Source: Alphaproteobacteria bacterium
GTDB lineage: Bacteria; Pseudomonadota; Alphaproteobacteria; Rhodobacterales; Rhodobacteraceae
Reading direction: 5' to 3'
Assembly: GCA_030425925.1 (NCBI GenBank)
Contig: JAUHZO010000002.1
Span: forward strand, 262,541 to 326,540
DNA: 64,000 bases
Part shown: positions 35,884 through 46,566 of the stretch, piece after piece
Position numbering within the stretch: the first letter of the stretch is position 1
Layout: each line of letters begins with the position of its first letter
Translations under genes and position numbers: made by a program
Notes under the pieces: model-generated
The model's input: the letters and a program-made list of their open reading frames with translations, nothing else
The model's database searches: none
What the model was told of the DNA's origin: nothing

Positions 35884-36570
35884 CTAGCGGAACTTGTCCA
35901 TCAGCTTTTGCAAGGGGCTGCGGCTGTCGGTTGCGGCAGGGCTTTCGCTGTCCGGTGCAACCGGCTGGGGCGCCGTCGCATTGCCGGATTTCGAAGAGCG
36001 CGGCGGGGCGGTGCGCAGCGCCACGGCGTTCTGGAACTTTCCGGTGTCGCCATCGGCCAGATGGGCCGCACCGTCGGACAACCCGCGCAGCAGATCGTCC
36101 AGCCAGTCCTGGTCCATCTTGTGGAAATCGTGCAGCACATAGGCCGCCACCAGCTCCTTGCGGCCGGGATGGCCGATGCCCAGACGGATGCGGCGGTAGT
36201 TTTCGGTGATGTGCTGGTGGATCGAGCGCAGCCCGTTATGGCCGGCATGTCCGCCGCCCATCTTGACCCGGCAATTGCCCGGCGCGAGGTCCAACTCGTC
36301 ATGGAACACGGTGATGTCGCCCGGCTCCAGCTTGTAAAAGCGCATCGCTTCGCCAACGCTTTGGCCGGACTTGTTCATGTAGGTTTCGGGTTTCAGCAGC
36401 AGCACCTTGTCGGCGCCCAGCCGCCCCTCGGCGATCTGACCCTGGAATTTCGACTTCCACGGGCCAAAGCCGTGATCGGCGGCGATCCTGTCCAGCGCCA
36501 TGAAGCCGATATTGTGGCGGTTCGCCGCATATTTCGCGCCGGGATTGCCGAGACCTACGAATATCTGCAC
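35884..36570 (-). CDS. pth: Peptidyl-tRNA hydrolase
   Basis: VGLGNPG N-terminal motif and HNG catalytic region. GTG start with a strong GGAGGG RBS. Alphaproteobacterial C-terminal extension present. Confidence 0.85.
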   Translation of the reverse strand: MQIFVGLGNPGAKYAANRHNIGFMALDRIAADHGFGPWKSKFQGQIAEGRLGADKVLLLKPETYMNKSGQSVGEAMRFYKLEPGDITVFHDELDLAPGNCRVKMGGGHAGHNGLRSIHQHITENYRRIRLGIGHPGRKELVAAYVLHDFHKMDQDWLDDLLRGLSDGAAHLADGDTGKFQNAVALRTAPPRSSKSGNATAPQPVAPDSESPAATDSRSPLQKLMDKFR

Positions 36571-36641
36571 CGTACCCTCCGAAGCCTGTCCTTGCGGCCT
36601 ATCTAGGCCGTCCGGGGGCGCGGGCACAACGGGAGAGCGCG

Positions 36642-36956
36642 ATGTATCTGACGATGAACCGGTTCAAGGTGGTCAAGGCCGAGGCGGCGGCGTTTGAAGA
36701 ACTGTGGAAGACGCGGGACAGCCATCTTGGGGACGTGCCTGGCTTTGTGTCGTTTGCGCTGATGAAGGGGCCGGAGGCAGAGGATCATGTCCTGTACGCT
36801 TCACACACGATCTGGGCGGACGAGGCCAGTTTCACTGCCTGGACAAAGTCGGAGGCGTTCCGCGCAGCGCATGGCGGGGCGAAATCGTCGGGCCACATGT
36901 ACCTGGCCCCGCCGGATCTGGAGATCTTCGAGGCGGTGCAGGTGCTGACGGCCTGA
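36642..36956 (+). CDS. ABM-family monooxygenase (haem-degrading HmoA/IsdG-like)
   Basis: 104 aa, ferredoxin-like ABM signature. Confidence 0.6.
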   Translation: MYLTMNRFKVVKAEAAAFEELWKTRDSHLGDVPGFVSFALMKGPEAEDHVLYASHTIWADEASFTAWTKSEAFRAAHGGAKSSGHMYLAPPDLEIFEAVQVLTA

Positions 36957-37115
36957 GGCACGCGGGTTTTCCGCCCTGGCGGCCCGCCTGCCTCCCCAAC
37001 CTTTCCCTTGCAAGGCGGAGGGGGCGCGTTGCGCGGGATGGGCAGGTCGGTCTGCAGGCCGCAAACGAAAAAGCCCCGCTTGTGGCGGGGCTTTCGCCGC
37101 GACAGCACGGGGAGA

Positions 37116-37730
37116 TTATTCCTCGCCGCCCTCTTCGGCTTCGTCGTCGCTGGCTGCCAGACCCGACGGGGCCGAGATATTGGCGATCACGAAGTTCCGG
37201 TCGATGGTGGGCTTGCTGCCTTCGGGCAGCGGGACGTCGTTGATGTGCACGATGTCGCCGATCTTGAGCCCGGTCAGGTCCACCGTGACCTTTTCGGGGA
37301 TGTCGCCCGCGGTCACGATCAGTTCCACCTCGGGGCGGACCACGGTCAGCATGCCGCCGCGCTTGATGCCGGGGGCGGCGTCTTCGTTGATGAATTCCAC
37401 CGGGATGAACAGGTTCACCTTGGTCGTGCGGCGCAGGCGCAGGAAGTCCACATGCGTCGGCAGGTCCTTGACCACGTCGCGCTGCACGTCACGGCAGATC
37501 ACGCGGACATCGTCATGGCCTTCGACCTTGAGGTTGAACAGCGTCGACTTGAAGCGGCCTGCCTTCAGGCGCTTGAGCAACTCGTTGAACGGAATGTTGA
37601 TCGGCAGCGGGTCTTTTTCGCCACCAAATACGATCCCCGGAACCATGCCGTCGCGACGGCTTTGACGAGCGGCGCCCTTGCCTGTCCCCGTCCGTTCCGA
37701 GGCTACGAGATCAGGAATCTCACCAGCCAT
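37116..37730 (-). CDS. rplY: 50S ribosomal protein L25 / general stress protein Ctc
   Basis: L25 N-terminal beta-barrel plus a Ctc C-terminal domain and an acidic tail. Adjacent to pth, as in most bacteria. Confidence 0.9.
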   Translation of the reverse strand: MAGEIPDLVASERTGTGKGAARQSRRDGMVPGIVFGGEKDPLPINIPFNELLKRLKAGRFKSTLFNLKVEGHDDVRVICRDVQRDVVKDLPTHVDFLRLRRTTKVNLFIPVEFINEDAAPGIKRGGMLTVVRPEVELIVTAGDIPEKVTVDLTGLKIGDIVHINDVPLPEGSKPTIDRNFVIANISAPSGLAASDDEAEEGGEE

Positions 37731-37884
37731 CTTTTTCTCCAGTGTTGGGGCGGGGTACCTCCAAGGCTGTCACCCCGCATGAGATGGGCCGCATAGACGG
37801 CACGGCCCGGTTTGGCAAGCGGATTCGCCCCGGGCGGCCGGTTTTGCGCTGGACCGGGACCGGTGGGCGTGGCACTCGACCGGC

Positions 37885-39033
37885 ATGCTGTCCGATCTTC
37901 ATCTTTCCCGCGGCCCGGTGGCGGCCTTTGTCGCCCAGGGGCTGTTCTGGGGCGCGTTTGCCGCGCTGGTGCCGGTACTCAAGCCGCAGGCCGGGCTGAG
38001 TGATGCGGGATTCGGGCTGGCGATGCTGGTGGCTGCGGTTGGGGCGTTCGGCGCGATGTGGCTGGCCCCCTGGTTCGAGCGCCGCTTTGGTGTGCGTGCG
38101 GTGCCGATTCTGGCAGGGTATACCGCGCTGGCCTTCCTGGTGCCGGGGCTGACCGCCAACGGCGTGGCGTTTGCCCTGGCGATGATGTTCTGCGCCATGG
38201 GATCGGGATCGCTGGACGTGGCGATGAACGCCCGGGTGTCGGTGCTCGAGGGGCGCTCGGGACGGCCGCTGATGAACCTGGCGCATGGCATGTTCTCGGT
38301 CGCTTACGCGGTGGCCGCGCTGGGGGCGGGGTTTGCCCGCGAACTGGGGGCGTCTCCGGTGGCGATCTATGGCGTGGTGGCGGGATTGACGGGGCTGCTG
38401 GTCCTGCAGGTGCTGGCCGCGCCCGTGCACGACCCCGAACGCGCGCCGGATGCGCCGGACCCGCCGGCGCTGGGCTGGGCGCTGCTGCTGCCGGGCGGAT
38501 TGATCATCCTGGTGGCCTTCATGGCGGAACAGGCGACCGAAGGCTGGTCGGCGCTGCATCTGGAGCGCAATCTGGGGGCCGGCGCGGCCGAGGGCGCGTT
38601 TGGCCCGGCCATCCTGGGCGCGACCATGGCGGTGGGCCGGTTGTCGGGGCAGGCGGCGGTGCAGCGGTTCTCCGAAGCGCAGGTGCTGCGGCTGGCGGCG
38701 GCCCTGTCGGCCGCGGGCGCGCTTCTGGCGGCCTGGGCGCCGGTCCTGGGCCTGGCCTATGCGGGCTTTGCCATGCTGGGGCTGGGGGTGTCGGTGGTGG
38801 CGCCCATGGCCTTTGCCTGGGTCGGACGCCTTGTGGCGGTGGAGCACAAGGCGCTTGCGATCAGCCGCGTCGCGATTCTGGGCTATGCCGGGTTCTTCGT
38901 CGGCCCGCCGATCATGGGGTTCCTGTCCGAAGGCTTTGGCCTGCACGCCTCGTTCAGCGCCATGGCGCTGGTGTTGCTGGCGGTGCCGGTGCTGTTGGTG
39001 CCGTGGCAGGGACGGCGGGCGGCGCGGGGCTGA
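37885..39033 (+). CDS. MFS transporter
   Basis: 12 predicted TM segments. 382 aa. Confidence 0.8.
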   Translation: MLSDLHLSRGPVAAFVAQGLFWGAFAALVPVLKPQAGLSDAGFGLAMLVAAVGAFGAMWLAPWFERRFGVRAVPILAGYTALAFLVPGLTANGVAFALAMMFCAMGSGSLDVAMNARVSVLEGRSGRPLMNLAHGMFSVAYAVAALGAGFARELGASPVAIYGVVAGLTGLLVLQVLAAPVHDPERAPDAPDPPALGWALLLPGGLIILVAFMAEQATEGWSALHLERNLGAGAAEGAFGPAILGATMAVGRLSGQAAVQRFSEAQVLRLAAALSAAGALLAAWAPVLGLAYAGFAMLGLGVSVVAPMAFAWVGRLVAVEHKALAISRVAILGYAGFFVGPPIMGFLSEGFGLHASFSAMALVLLAVPVLLVPWQGRRAARG

Positions 39034-39072
39034 GCGGCCCCCGCCCCGCCCGGGGGGAGGGACCTGCCGTGC

Positions 39073-40236
39073 CTAGAGCCAGGCGTCGGAGAAATCCCTT
39101 GGGATCATCAGGATATCGCGGTTGACCCTGGTGATGTCGGTATGCCCGCACAGCGCCATGGACATGTCCAGTTCCTTGTGGATCACCTCAAGCGCGCGGG
39201 TCACCCCGGCCTGGCCCATGGCACCCAGGCCATAGACCCAGGCCCGCCCGATATAGGTTCCCTTGGCGCCAAGGGCCACGGCCTTGAGCACGTCCTGGCC
39301 AGAGCGGATGCCGCTGTCGAAATGCACTTCGATCCTGTCGCCCACCGCATCCATGATCGCCGGAAGCGCCCGGATCGAGCTGAGCGCGCCATCCAGCTGC
39401 CGCCCGCCATGGTTCGACACGACGATGGCGTCGGCCCCGACATTGCAGGCCTCAGCCGCGTCGCGCGGGTCGATGATGCCCTTGATGATCAGCGGGCCGT
39501 CCCACATCTTGCGGAATTGCCGGATCCGGTCCCAGTCGAGCGACTGGTCAAAACTTTCCGCGGTCCAGGTCGTCAGCGAGGAGGCATCCGTCACACCCTT
39601 GGCATGGCCCACGATATTGCCGAAGAACCGCCGTTTGGTCTGCAGCATGCCCAGGCCCCATTGCACCTTGGTCATCATGTTCGCCACCGAGGCCGGGGTC
39701 AGTTTCGGCGGGGCCGAAAGGCCGTTCTTGAGGTCCTTGTGGCGCTGGCCCAGCAATTGCAGGTCCACCGTGATCACCGCGGCCGAGCAGTTCGCCGCCT
39801 TGGCGCGGTCGAACAGGCGCTGCATGAAGTCGTCATCCTTGAGCGTGTAGACCTGCATCCAGAAGGGTTTGGAGGTGTTTTCCGCCACATCCTCGATCGA
39901 GCAGATCGACATGGTCGACAGTGTGAACGGCACGCCGAACGCCTCGGCGGCGCGGGCGGCAAAGATCTCGCCGTCGTAATGCTGCATGCCGGTCAGCCCC
40001 ACCGGGGCGAGCGCCACCGGCATCGCCACGTCCTGCCCGATCATCTGCGTTCTGGTGGACCGGCCGGCCATGTCGATGGCCACGCGCTGGCGCAGGTGGA
40101 GCCTGTCGAAATCGGTGGTGTTCTCGCGGAAGGTCTGTTCGGTCCAGCTGCCCGACTCGCAATAGTCGTAGAACATCCGGGGCACGCGTCTTTGGTAGAT
40201 GCGCTTGAGATCGGCGATTTCGGTGATGACGGGCAT
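39073..40236 (-). CDS. lldD: FMN-dependent alpha-hydroxy-acid dehydrogenase (L-lactate dehydrogenase type)
   Basis: FMN-dependent dehydrogenase family signature (SNHGGRQLD). 387 aa. Confidence 0.85.
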   Translation of the reverse strand: MPVITEIADLKRIYQRRVPRMFYDYCESGSWTEQTFRENTTDFDRLHLRQRVAIDMAGRSTRTQMIGQDVAMPVALAPVGLTGMQHYDGEIFAARAAEAFGVPFTLSTMSICSIEDVAENTSKPFWMQVYTLKDDDFMQRLFDRAKAANCSAAVITVDLQLLGQRHKDLKNGLSAPPKLTPASVANMMTKVQWGLGMLQTKRRFFGNIVGHAKGVTDASSLTTWTAESFDQSLDWDRIRQFRKMWDGPLIIKGIIDPRDAAEACNVGADAIVVSNHGGRQLDGALSSIRALPAIMDAVGDRIEVHFDSGIRSGQDVLKAVALGAKGTYIGRAWVYGLGAMGQAGVTRALEVIHKELDMSMALCGHTDITRVNRDILMIPRDFSDAWL

Positions 40237-40256
40237 GGCGCGGCCTTTCGCGTGTT

Positions 40257-40277
40257 TTGGTAAAACTTAATTACCAA
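40257..40277. promoter_or_regulatory. Perfect palindrome TTGGTAA-N7-TTACCAA in the lldD / MaoC divergent promoter region
   Basis: 7-bp arms with GGT...ACC half-sites, reminiscent of GntR/FadR-type (LldR-like) operators. Confidence 0.35.
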
Positions 40278-40357
40278 TTTGCCGGGCTTGCGGCAATTGG
40301 CCTTGACGCAGGGCTGCGTTTTGTCGCGCCTGTGGGGCAGATCAGCAGGAGACAGGC

Positions 40358-40798
40358 ATGTATTTCGAAGATTTTCCCGTCGGGCACCGCTATGCCACCT
40401 CGGCGTTTTCCCTCAGCCAGGACGAGATCATCGCCTTTGCGCGTGAAAACGATCCGCAGCCCTTCCATATCGACCCCGACGCCGCGGCGGACGGACCTTA
40501 TGGCGGGATCATCGCCAGCGGGTTCCACACGCTGATCGAGGCGTTCAAGAAGACGCTGGCCGAAGGCGGCTGGGCCGGGGCCTCCATGGGTTCGCCCGGG
40601 ATGGACGAACTGCTCTGGCTGCGCCCGGTGCGCCCCGGCGACGTGCTGCATGTCGAGGCCGAGGTGCTGGAGGCGCGGGTGTCGCAATCGAAGCCCGACC
40701 GCGGGTTCACCAAGATCCGAACCGACGTGCTGACCGCGGACGGCACGCGGGTGATGACCTACACGTCAACGCATATCTTCCGCACGCGCGAGGCGTAG
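40358..40798 (+). CDS. MaoC-like (R)-specific enoyl-CoA hydratase / hotdog dehydratase
   Basis: 146-aa hotdog fold with the MaoC motif region (GGIIASGFHT). Confidence 0.8.
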   Translation: MYFEDFPVGHRYATSAFSLSQDEIIAFARENDPQPFHIDPDAAADGPYGGIIASGFHTLIEAFKKTLAEGGWAGASMGSPGMDELLWLRPVRPGDVLHVEAEVLEARVSQSKPDRGFTKIRTDVLTADGTRVMTYTSTHIFRTREA

Positions 40799-41094
40799 GC
40801 AGATCCAGATGAGCGCTTCCGCGCGCTTTCATCCTGCCAGTGTCGACGTGACGCTCCGCTTCGGGACGTGCGGGGCCTGGGGCGGCGGCTTCAGGACTCA
40901 CCAAGACAAAGCCGCTTTGCCTCGGCCCGACCCTCACCGGAGCCTTGCCTGACAGAGCGCCCACATCGGGACAAGCGAAATAGCCGTCTCCCCATTGCAT
41001 GGGGCCCCTCGGCGATTTCGCTTGTCCCGCTGCGGCCCCTCTGTCCGTCCGGGCTCAGGCGAGGGTCGGCTCCGAGACAAAGCGGGGGGCGGTC

Positions 41095-41886
41095 TCAGGC
41101 GCTGTGGGCCCCGTCGGCGAGGGATTTGACGAAGGCGAGCACATCGGCGGGGGGCTTGCCCGCGCCCAGTTCGGCCACGATGGCCGAGCCCACGACGCAG
41201 CCATCGGCGACCGAGGCAATGCTTTCGGCGGACTCGGGCGAGCGGATGCCGAAGCCCACGATCACCGGCAGGTCGGTCTGCGCCTTGATGCGCGCCACTT
41301 CTGGGGCGACGTCGGCGGCCTGTGCCGCGGCGGCCCCGGTGATCCCCGTGATCGAGACGTAGTAGACAAAGCCCGAGGTGTTCTGCAGCACCTTGGGCAG
41401 GCGCTTGTCATCGGTGGTGGGCGTGGCGAGGCGGATGAAGTTCAGCCCGGCGGCCTGCGCGGGCAGGCACAGTTCGGCGTCCTCTTCGGGCGGCAGGTCC
41501 ACCACGATCAGCCCGTCGATGCCGGCGTCCTGCGCCTCGGCCAGGAACCGGTCGACGCCGCGTGCGTAGATCGGGTTGTAATAGCCCATCAGCACGATCG
41601 GCGTGTCGCTGTCGCCCTCGCGGAAGGCGCGGACCATCTCCAGCGTCTTTTCCAGCGTCATGCCCGCTTCCAGCGCGCGCTGGCCGGCCAGCTGGATCGT
41701 CGGGCCGTCGGCCATGGGATCGGTGAAGGGCAGGCCCAGTTCGATCACGTCGACCCCTGCCGCGGGCAGACCCCGCATCACGTCCAGCGACGTGGCCATG
41801 TCCGGATCCCCCGCCATGATATAGGCGACAAAGGCTTTCTTTCCTTCCGCGCTGAGCCGGGCGAAGGTGGCGTCGATACGAGTCAT
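41095..41886 (-). CDS. trpA: Tryptophan synthase alpha subunit
   Basis: 263 aa with TrpA catalytic regions ([17 protein letters not shown] and [10 protein letters not shown]). Real start is MTRIDATF, not the 589-aa track ORF. Confidence 0.9.
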   Translation of the reverse strand: MTRIDATFARLSAEGKKAFVAYIMAGDPDMATSLDVMRGLPAAGVDVIELGLPFTDPMADGPTIQLAGQRALEAGMTLEKTLEMVRAFREGDSDTPIVLMGYYNPIYARGVDRFLAEAQDAGIDGLIVVDLPPEEDAELCLPAQAAGLNFIRLATPTTDDKRLPKVLQNTSGFVYYVSITGITGAAAAQAADVAPEVARIKAQTDLPVIVGFGIRSPESAESIASVADGCVVGSAIVAELGAGKPPADVLAFVKSLADGAHSA

Positions 41887-42000
41887 GGCGTGTCCCCTGA
41901 TGAAGGCTCTGGCGGTTTTGCCGGATCGGTCCGGGAAACTCAATGCCATGCGGGGGCGGTGGGAAAAAGCGGTTTGGCAACGGCACACGGAGGAGGTGAC

Positions 42001-42897
42001 ATGCGGATTCTGTTCACGGGAGGCAGCGGCAAGGCGGGGCGGCACGTGGTGCCCTGGCTGATGGCGCAGGGGCACGAGGTGCTGAACCTCGACCTCGTGC
42101 CGCTGGACGTGCCGGGCGTCGACACGCTGATCGTCGATCTGACCGATCCCGGCCAGGTGTTCAGCGCGATGCTGAGCTATCGCAACTTTGCCGAGCTGGA
42201 GCCCGGCACCGGTGTGCCGGCTTTTGACGCGGTGGTGCATTTCGCCGCCGTCCCGCGAATCCTGATCCGTCCGGATTGCGAAACCTTCCGGGTGAACACG
42301 CTGTCGACCTACAACGTCATGGAAGCGGCGGTGAAATTCGGCATTCGCAAGATCGTCTTTGCCTCGTCCGAAACGACCTACGGGGTCTGCTTTGCCGACG
42401 GGCTGCGCCAGCCGGACTATCTGCCGGTGGATGAAGACCACCCGACGGTGCCCGAGGACGCCTATGCCATGTCCAAGGTCTGCAACGAGGTGACGGCGCG
42501 CAGCTTTCAGGCGCGCACCGGGTATGACATCTACGGGTTGCGCATCAACAACGTCATAGAGCCGCATGAATATGCCGAGGCGTTCCCGGCCTACATGGCC
42601 GATGCCGGGCTGCGCCGCCGCAACATCTTTGCCTATATCGACGTGCGCGATCTGGGGCAGATGGTGCAGTGCTGTCTTGAGACCGACGGGCTGGGCTACG
42701 AGGTGTTCAACGTCTCGAACGACGATCTGTCGGTGGGGCTGTCGAACCCGGAGGTGCGCGCGCAGTTCTATGACGGCGTGCCGGTCCGGCGCGAGATGGG
42801 CGATGCCGAGACGTTCTATGCCAATGCCAAGGCCAGGCGGATGCTGGGATTCCAGCCAAGGCACAGTTGGCGGGACGTGCTCGATGGGGATTTGTGA
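42001..42897 (+). CDS. NAD-dependent epimerase/dehydratase (extended SDR)
   Basis: N-terminal TGGSGKAG Rossmann motif and a YxxxK motif (YAMSK). GGAGGAGG RBS. Confidence 0.8.
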   Translation: MRILFTGGSGKAGRHVVPWLMAQGHEVLNLDLVPLDVPGVDTLIVDLTDPGQVFSAMLSYRNFAELEPGTGVPAFDAVVHFAAVPRILIRPDCETFRVNTLSTYNVMEAAVKFGIRKIVFASSETTYGVCFADGLRQPDYLPVDEDHPTVPEDAYAMSKVCNEVTARSFQARTGYDIYGLRINNVIEPHEYAEAFPAYMADAGLRRRNIFAYIDVRDLGQMVQCCLETDGLGYEVFNVSNDDLSVGLSNPEVRAQFYDGVPVRREMGDAETFYANAKARRMLGFQPRHSWRDVLDGDL

Positions 42898-42975
42898 CAG
42901 TTTCTTGACATGAATCAGGGTGCGGTTGTGCCCGCTGCGCTATCCTGTCGGGATCGAACCGCGACAGGAGTGCCA

Positions 42976-43959
42976 ATGCCCGATACATTGATGACCGCCG
43001 GGGCCCTTGCCCCGGCCAGCCCAAAGCCGCGCCGCGCCGCGCCCACCCCGGCCGAGATCCGCCGTGCCTTTGAAACCGGCCAGTACCCTTATGAACGCCG
43101 CCTGTCGCGCCGCACCTATGAACGCCAGAAGGCGCAGTTGCAGGCCGAACTGCTCAAGGTGCAGCTTTGGGCGCAGGAGACGGGGCAGAAATTCGTCCTG
43201 TTGTTCGAAGGTCGCGACGCGGCCGGCAAGGGCGGCACGATCAAGCGCTTTACCGAACATCTCAATCCCCGCACGGCGCGGGTGGTGGCGCTGAACAAGC
43301 CCACCGAACAGGAGCGCGGGCAATGGTATTTCCAGCGCTATGTCGAACACCTGCCCACCGGGGGCGAGATCGTGCTTTACGACCGGTCGTGGTACAACCG
43401 CGCGGGTGTCGAGCGGGTCATGGGGTTTTGCGAGCCCAACGACTACCTGGAATTCATGCGTCAGACGCCCGAGCTTGAACGGATGCTGGTCCGTGCGGGC
43501 ATCAGGCTTTACAAATACTGGTTTTCGGTCACGCAGGACGAACAGAAACGCCGCTTTGACGCGCGCGAGACCGATCCGCTGAAACAGTGGAAGCTCAGCC
43601 CCATCGACAAGGCGAGCCTGTCGAAATGGGACGATTACACCGAGGCCAAGGAGGCGATGTTCTTTTACACCGACACCGCCGATGCGCCCTGGGTGGTGGT
43701 GAAATCCGATGACAAGAAGCGCGCGCGGCTCAACTGCATGCGGCATTTCCTGGCGACGCTGGATTATCCGGGCAAGGATTCCAGGATCGCCAAGGCCCCC
43801 GATCCGCTGATCGTCGGCGGGGCCGGGCATGTGATCCACCGTTCGGATCATATCCTGGGCACCGCGCTGCATCCCGACACGCGCAAGGCCGCGCCGGAGC
43901 CCGAACCGGAAAACGGGCCCGAGACCGGACCTGCGGCGGGATCAGAGGCACCGGCCTAA
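42976..43959 (+). CDS. ppk2: Polyphosphate kinase 2 (PPK2) family
   Basis: Walker A (GRDAAGKGG) and PPK2 lid regions. Start at MPDTLMT with an AGGAG RBS. Confidence 0.85.
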   Translation: MPDTLMTAGALAPASPKPRRAAPTPAEIRRAFETGQYPYERRLSRRTYERQKAQLQAELLKVQLWAQETGQKFVLLFEGRDAAGKGGTIKRFTEHLNPRTARVVALNKPTEQERGQWYFQRYVEHLPTGGEIVLYDRSWYNRAGVERVMGFCEPNDYLEFMRQTPELERMLVRAGIRLYKYWFSVTQDEQKRRFDARETDPLKQWKLSPIDKASLSKWDDYTEAKEAMFFYTDTADAPWVVVKSDDKKRARLNCMRHFLATLDYPGKDSRIAKAPDPLIVGGAGHVIHRSDHILGTALHPDTRKAAPEPEPENGPETGPAAGSEAPA

Positions 43960-44583
43960 CAGGTCCATCAGTGGGGCAAAGGCCTGGAACCGGGTGGTGA
44001 GCGCGGTCTGCGGATCGGTGGACAGCTCGGTTTCCAGCCCGTCCTGCCAGGCGACGAACCCCTTGCGCCGCAACAGCTCTTCTTGCGGGTGGTCGGCGGG
44101 GTAGGGGGCAGGCACGCGTTTGAGCGCCGGGTCGTCCACGCGCCAGCCGTTCTGCGCCACCAGCGCCGCCAGGTTGGCGCCTTCGGGGCCGGACACCGCT
44201 TGGCGCCACAACTCCAGCTGGCGGCCGTCGAACTGCATCACCCCGGCCCCGGCGGTGGCATAGTCGGTCGAGATGCCCAGCATCCACGCGCGCCCGTCGG
44301 GCAGCGACCACATCATGTGCAGGTGGGTGTGGTAGGGGGTCTTGTCCTCGGAAAAGCGCAGGTCGCGATGCGGGCGGAACAGCTTGCGCCGCGGTGCGGT
44401 GCCAACCTGCCCGGCCAGCCAGTCGCCGACATCCGCCAGCAGCCGCTCTGCCGGGCGTTTCAGCCGTGCGTCATAGCGGCCCTTGTTGGCCTGAAACCAT
44501 TCGCGGCTGTTGTTGGCGGCCAGTTCGCTCAGAAAGGCACGCGAGTCGGCCAGAAGCCGGCTGGGATCGACAGGCTCAACCAT
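43942..44583 (-). CDS. DUF2461 / TIGR02453-family protein
   Basis: Conserved N-terminal FLxELxxNNxREWF motif. 3' end overlaps ppk2 by 18 bp. Confidence 0.7.
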   Translation of the reverse strand: MVEPVDPSRLLADSRAFLSELAANNSREWFQANKGRYDARLKRPAERLLADVGDWLAGQVGTAPRRKLFRPHRDLRFSEDKTPYHTHLHMMWSLPDGRAWMLGISTDYATAGAGVMQFDGRQLELWRQAVSGPEGANLAALVAQNGWRVDDPALKRVPAPYPADHPQEELLRRKGFVAWQDGLETELSTDPQTALTTRFQAFAPLMDLLGRCL

Positions 44584-44702
44584 TTGTGTCTCCGAAGGGC
44601 GGGGATCAACCACTGGTGTGCAGTCTACCACGTTTGGCGGCGAGGTGTGAGGGGGCTGAACGAATCCTTGCAACCCGGCAAGCCCCTGCCTAAGCGCGGC
44701 GC

Positions 44703-46082
44703 ATGTCTGCCTCCGAGATGACCACACGCGAGCACGTCCGCGCCGTGCTGACGCTTGGCCTGCCGCTGATCGGCGGCCATGTGGCGCAGTTTGCCATCGG
44801 GCTGACCGACACCGTCATGATGGGATGGTACGGGGTCGAGGAACTGGCGGCGCTGACGCTGGCGGGGTCGTATTTCTTTACCCTGTTCCTTCTGGGGTCC
44901 GGCTTTGCCTGGGCGATCATGCCCATGGTGGCCAGCTTTGCCACCCAGGAGGACGACACCCGGATCCGCCGCGCAACGCGCATGGGGCTGTGGCTGTCAC
45001 TGCTGTTCTTCGCGTTTGCCCTGCCGCTCTTGTGGTTCAGCGGACCGATCTTCCGCGCGCTGGGGCAGACCGAAAGCGTGGTGCAGCTGGGGCAGACCTA
45101 CCTGCGCATCGCCGGTTTCGGATTGCTGCCCGCGCTGGGCGTGATGACGTTCAAGAACTACCTGGCCGGTCTGGAATACACCCGCGTCGTGCTGTGGGTC
45201 ACCATTGCTGCCGCGGTGGCCAACGCGCTGGCCAATTACGCGCTGGTCTTCGGCAATTGGGGCGCGCCCGAGATGGGCATTGCCGGGGCGGCCTGGGCCT
45301 CGGTCCTGTCGCATCTGTTCACGCTGGGGGCGGTGGTGGTCTATGCGCTGCGCCGCCTGCCGCAGCACCAGATCCTGGTGCGGTTCTGGAAACCCGACTG
45401 GGAGATGTTCGGCCACGTGTTCCGGCTGGGCCTGCCCATTGGTCTGACCACGCTGGCAGAGGTGGCGCTGTTCGCCGGCACGGCGCTGCTGATGGGCTGG
45501 CTGGGCACGGTGCCGCTTGCGGCGCACGGGATCGCGCTGCAGATCGCCAGCGCGACCTTCATGGTGCAGCTGGGCCTGTCCAACGCGGCCACGGTGCGGG
45601 CCGGCACGGCCTATGGGCGGCGCGACGGTGTCCTGCTGGCCCATGGCGCGCGGGTGGTGGTCGCGCTGGGCGGCGTGGCGGTGGCGGCGTCGATCTTTGC
45701 CTTTCTGGTGTTTCCCGAAACCCTGCTGGGGTTGTTCATCGACCCGGACGAGCCCGCGCGCGACGACATCCTGGCCGCCGGGCGCGGGCTGTTGATGATG
45801 GCGGCGCTGTTCCAGCTGGTGGATGCCGCGCAGGTCATCCATCTGGGGATCCTGCGCGGGCTGCAGGACACCCGCGTGCCGATGATCATTGCCGCGATTT
45901 CCTATTGGGGCATCGGCATGCCCGCCGCCTATCTCTTTGGCTTCACGCTGGGTTTCGGCGGCATGGGGGTCTGGTTCGGGCTGGTGCTGGGGCTGGCCGC
46001 GGCGGCGGGGCTGCTTGCCTGGCGGCTCTGGCGGCATGCCATCCCGGCCCTGCTGACCGCACCGGCCGTCATTCGCAGTTGA
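44703..46082 (+). CDS. MATE-family efflux transporter (second copy)
   Basis: 459 aa, 12 TM, NorM-like. Confidence 0.85.
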   Translation: MSASEMTTREHVRAVLTLGLPLIGGHVAQFAIGLTDTVMMGWYGVEELAALTLAGSYFFTLFLLGSGFAWAIMPMVASFATQEDDTRIRRATRMGLWLSLLFFAFALPLLWFSGPIFRALGQTESVVQLGQTYLRIAGFGLLPALGVMTFKNYLAGLEYTRVVLWVTIAAAVANALANYALVFGNWGAPEMGIAGAAWASVLSHLFTLGAVVVYALRRLPQHQILVRFWKPDWEMFGHVFRLGLPIGLTTLAEVALFAGTALLMGWLGTVPLAAHGIALQIASATFMVQLGLSNAATVRAGTAYGRRDGVLLAHGARVVVALGGVAVAASIFAFLVFPETLLGLFIDPDEPARDDILAAGRGLLMMAALFQLVDAAQVIHLGILRGLQDTRVPMIIAAISYWGIGMPAAYLFGFTLGFGGMGVWFGLVLGLAAAAGLLAWRLWRHAIPALLTAPAVIRS

Positions 46083-46470
46083 CCATCCAGGGCACGCCAA
46101 AGCGGTCGCGGCAGATGCCGAAGCCCGCGGACCAGAAGGTGGGTTCGAAGGCCATCACCACGGTGCCGCCTTCGCTCAGCCGGTCGAACAGCGTCCGGCC
46201 CGACGCCACGTCGCCGGGTTCCAGCTGCAGGTTGAACCCCTCGAAGCGACCCGCCGGAGCACCGCCCATGCTGTCCGAGGCCTGCAGCGCCACCCCGGCG
46301 GTGACCAGGCGGGCATGGGCCACGCGGTCGCCCAGGCCGTCGGGCACCATGGACGTGTCGGGCATGTCGCCGAACGTCATCATCGTCAGGTCTCCGCCCA
46401 GGACGGATTGGTAAAACGCCATCGCCTCGGCGCATTGGCCGTCAAAGGTCAGGTACGGGTTCAGCTTCAT
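46069..46470 (-). CDS. VOC-family (glyoxalase/bleomycin-resistance fold, PhnB-like) protein
   Basis: 133 aa starting MKLNPYLTFDGQCAEAMAFYQSVLGG, typical of YjdN/PhnB-type VOC proteins. Confidence 0.7.
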   Translation of the reverse strand: MKLNPYLTFDGQCAEAMAFYQSVLGGDLTMMTFGDMPDTSMVPDGLGDRVAHARLVTAGVALQASDSMGGAPAGRFEGFNLQLEPGDVASGRTLFDRLSEGGTVVMAFEPTFWSAGFGICRDRFGVPWMVNCE

Positions 46471-46566
46471 CGCGGGGCTCCCTCTTGCCGGCAGAGCCTA
46501 ACACGTCCTTGCGCCCCCGTCGCCTGCCGACTAGAAGCGGCGCGTCATGGATCGAGGAGCACGGCA

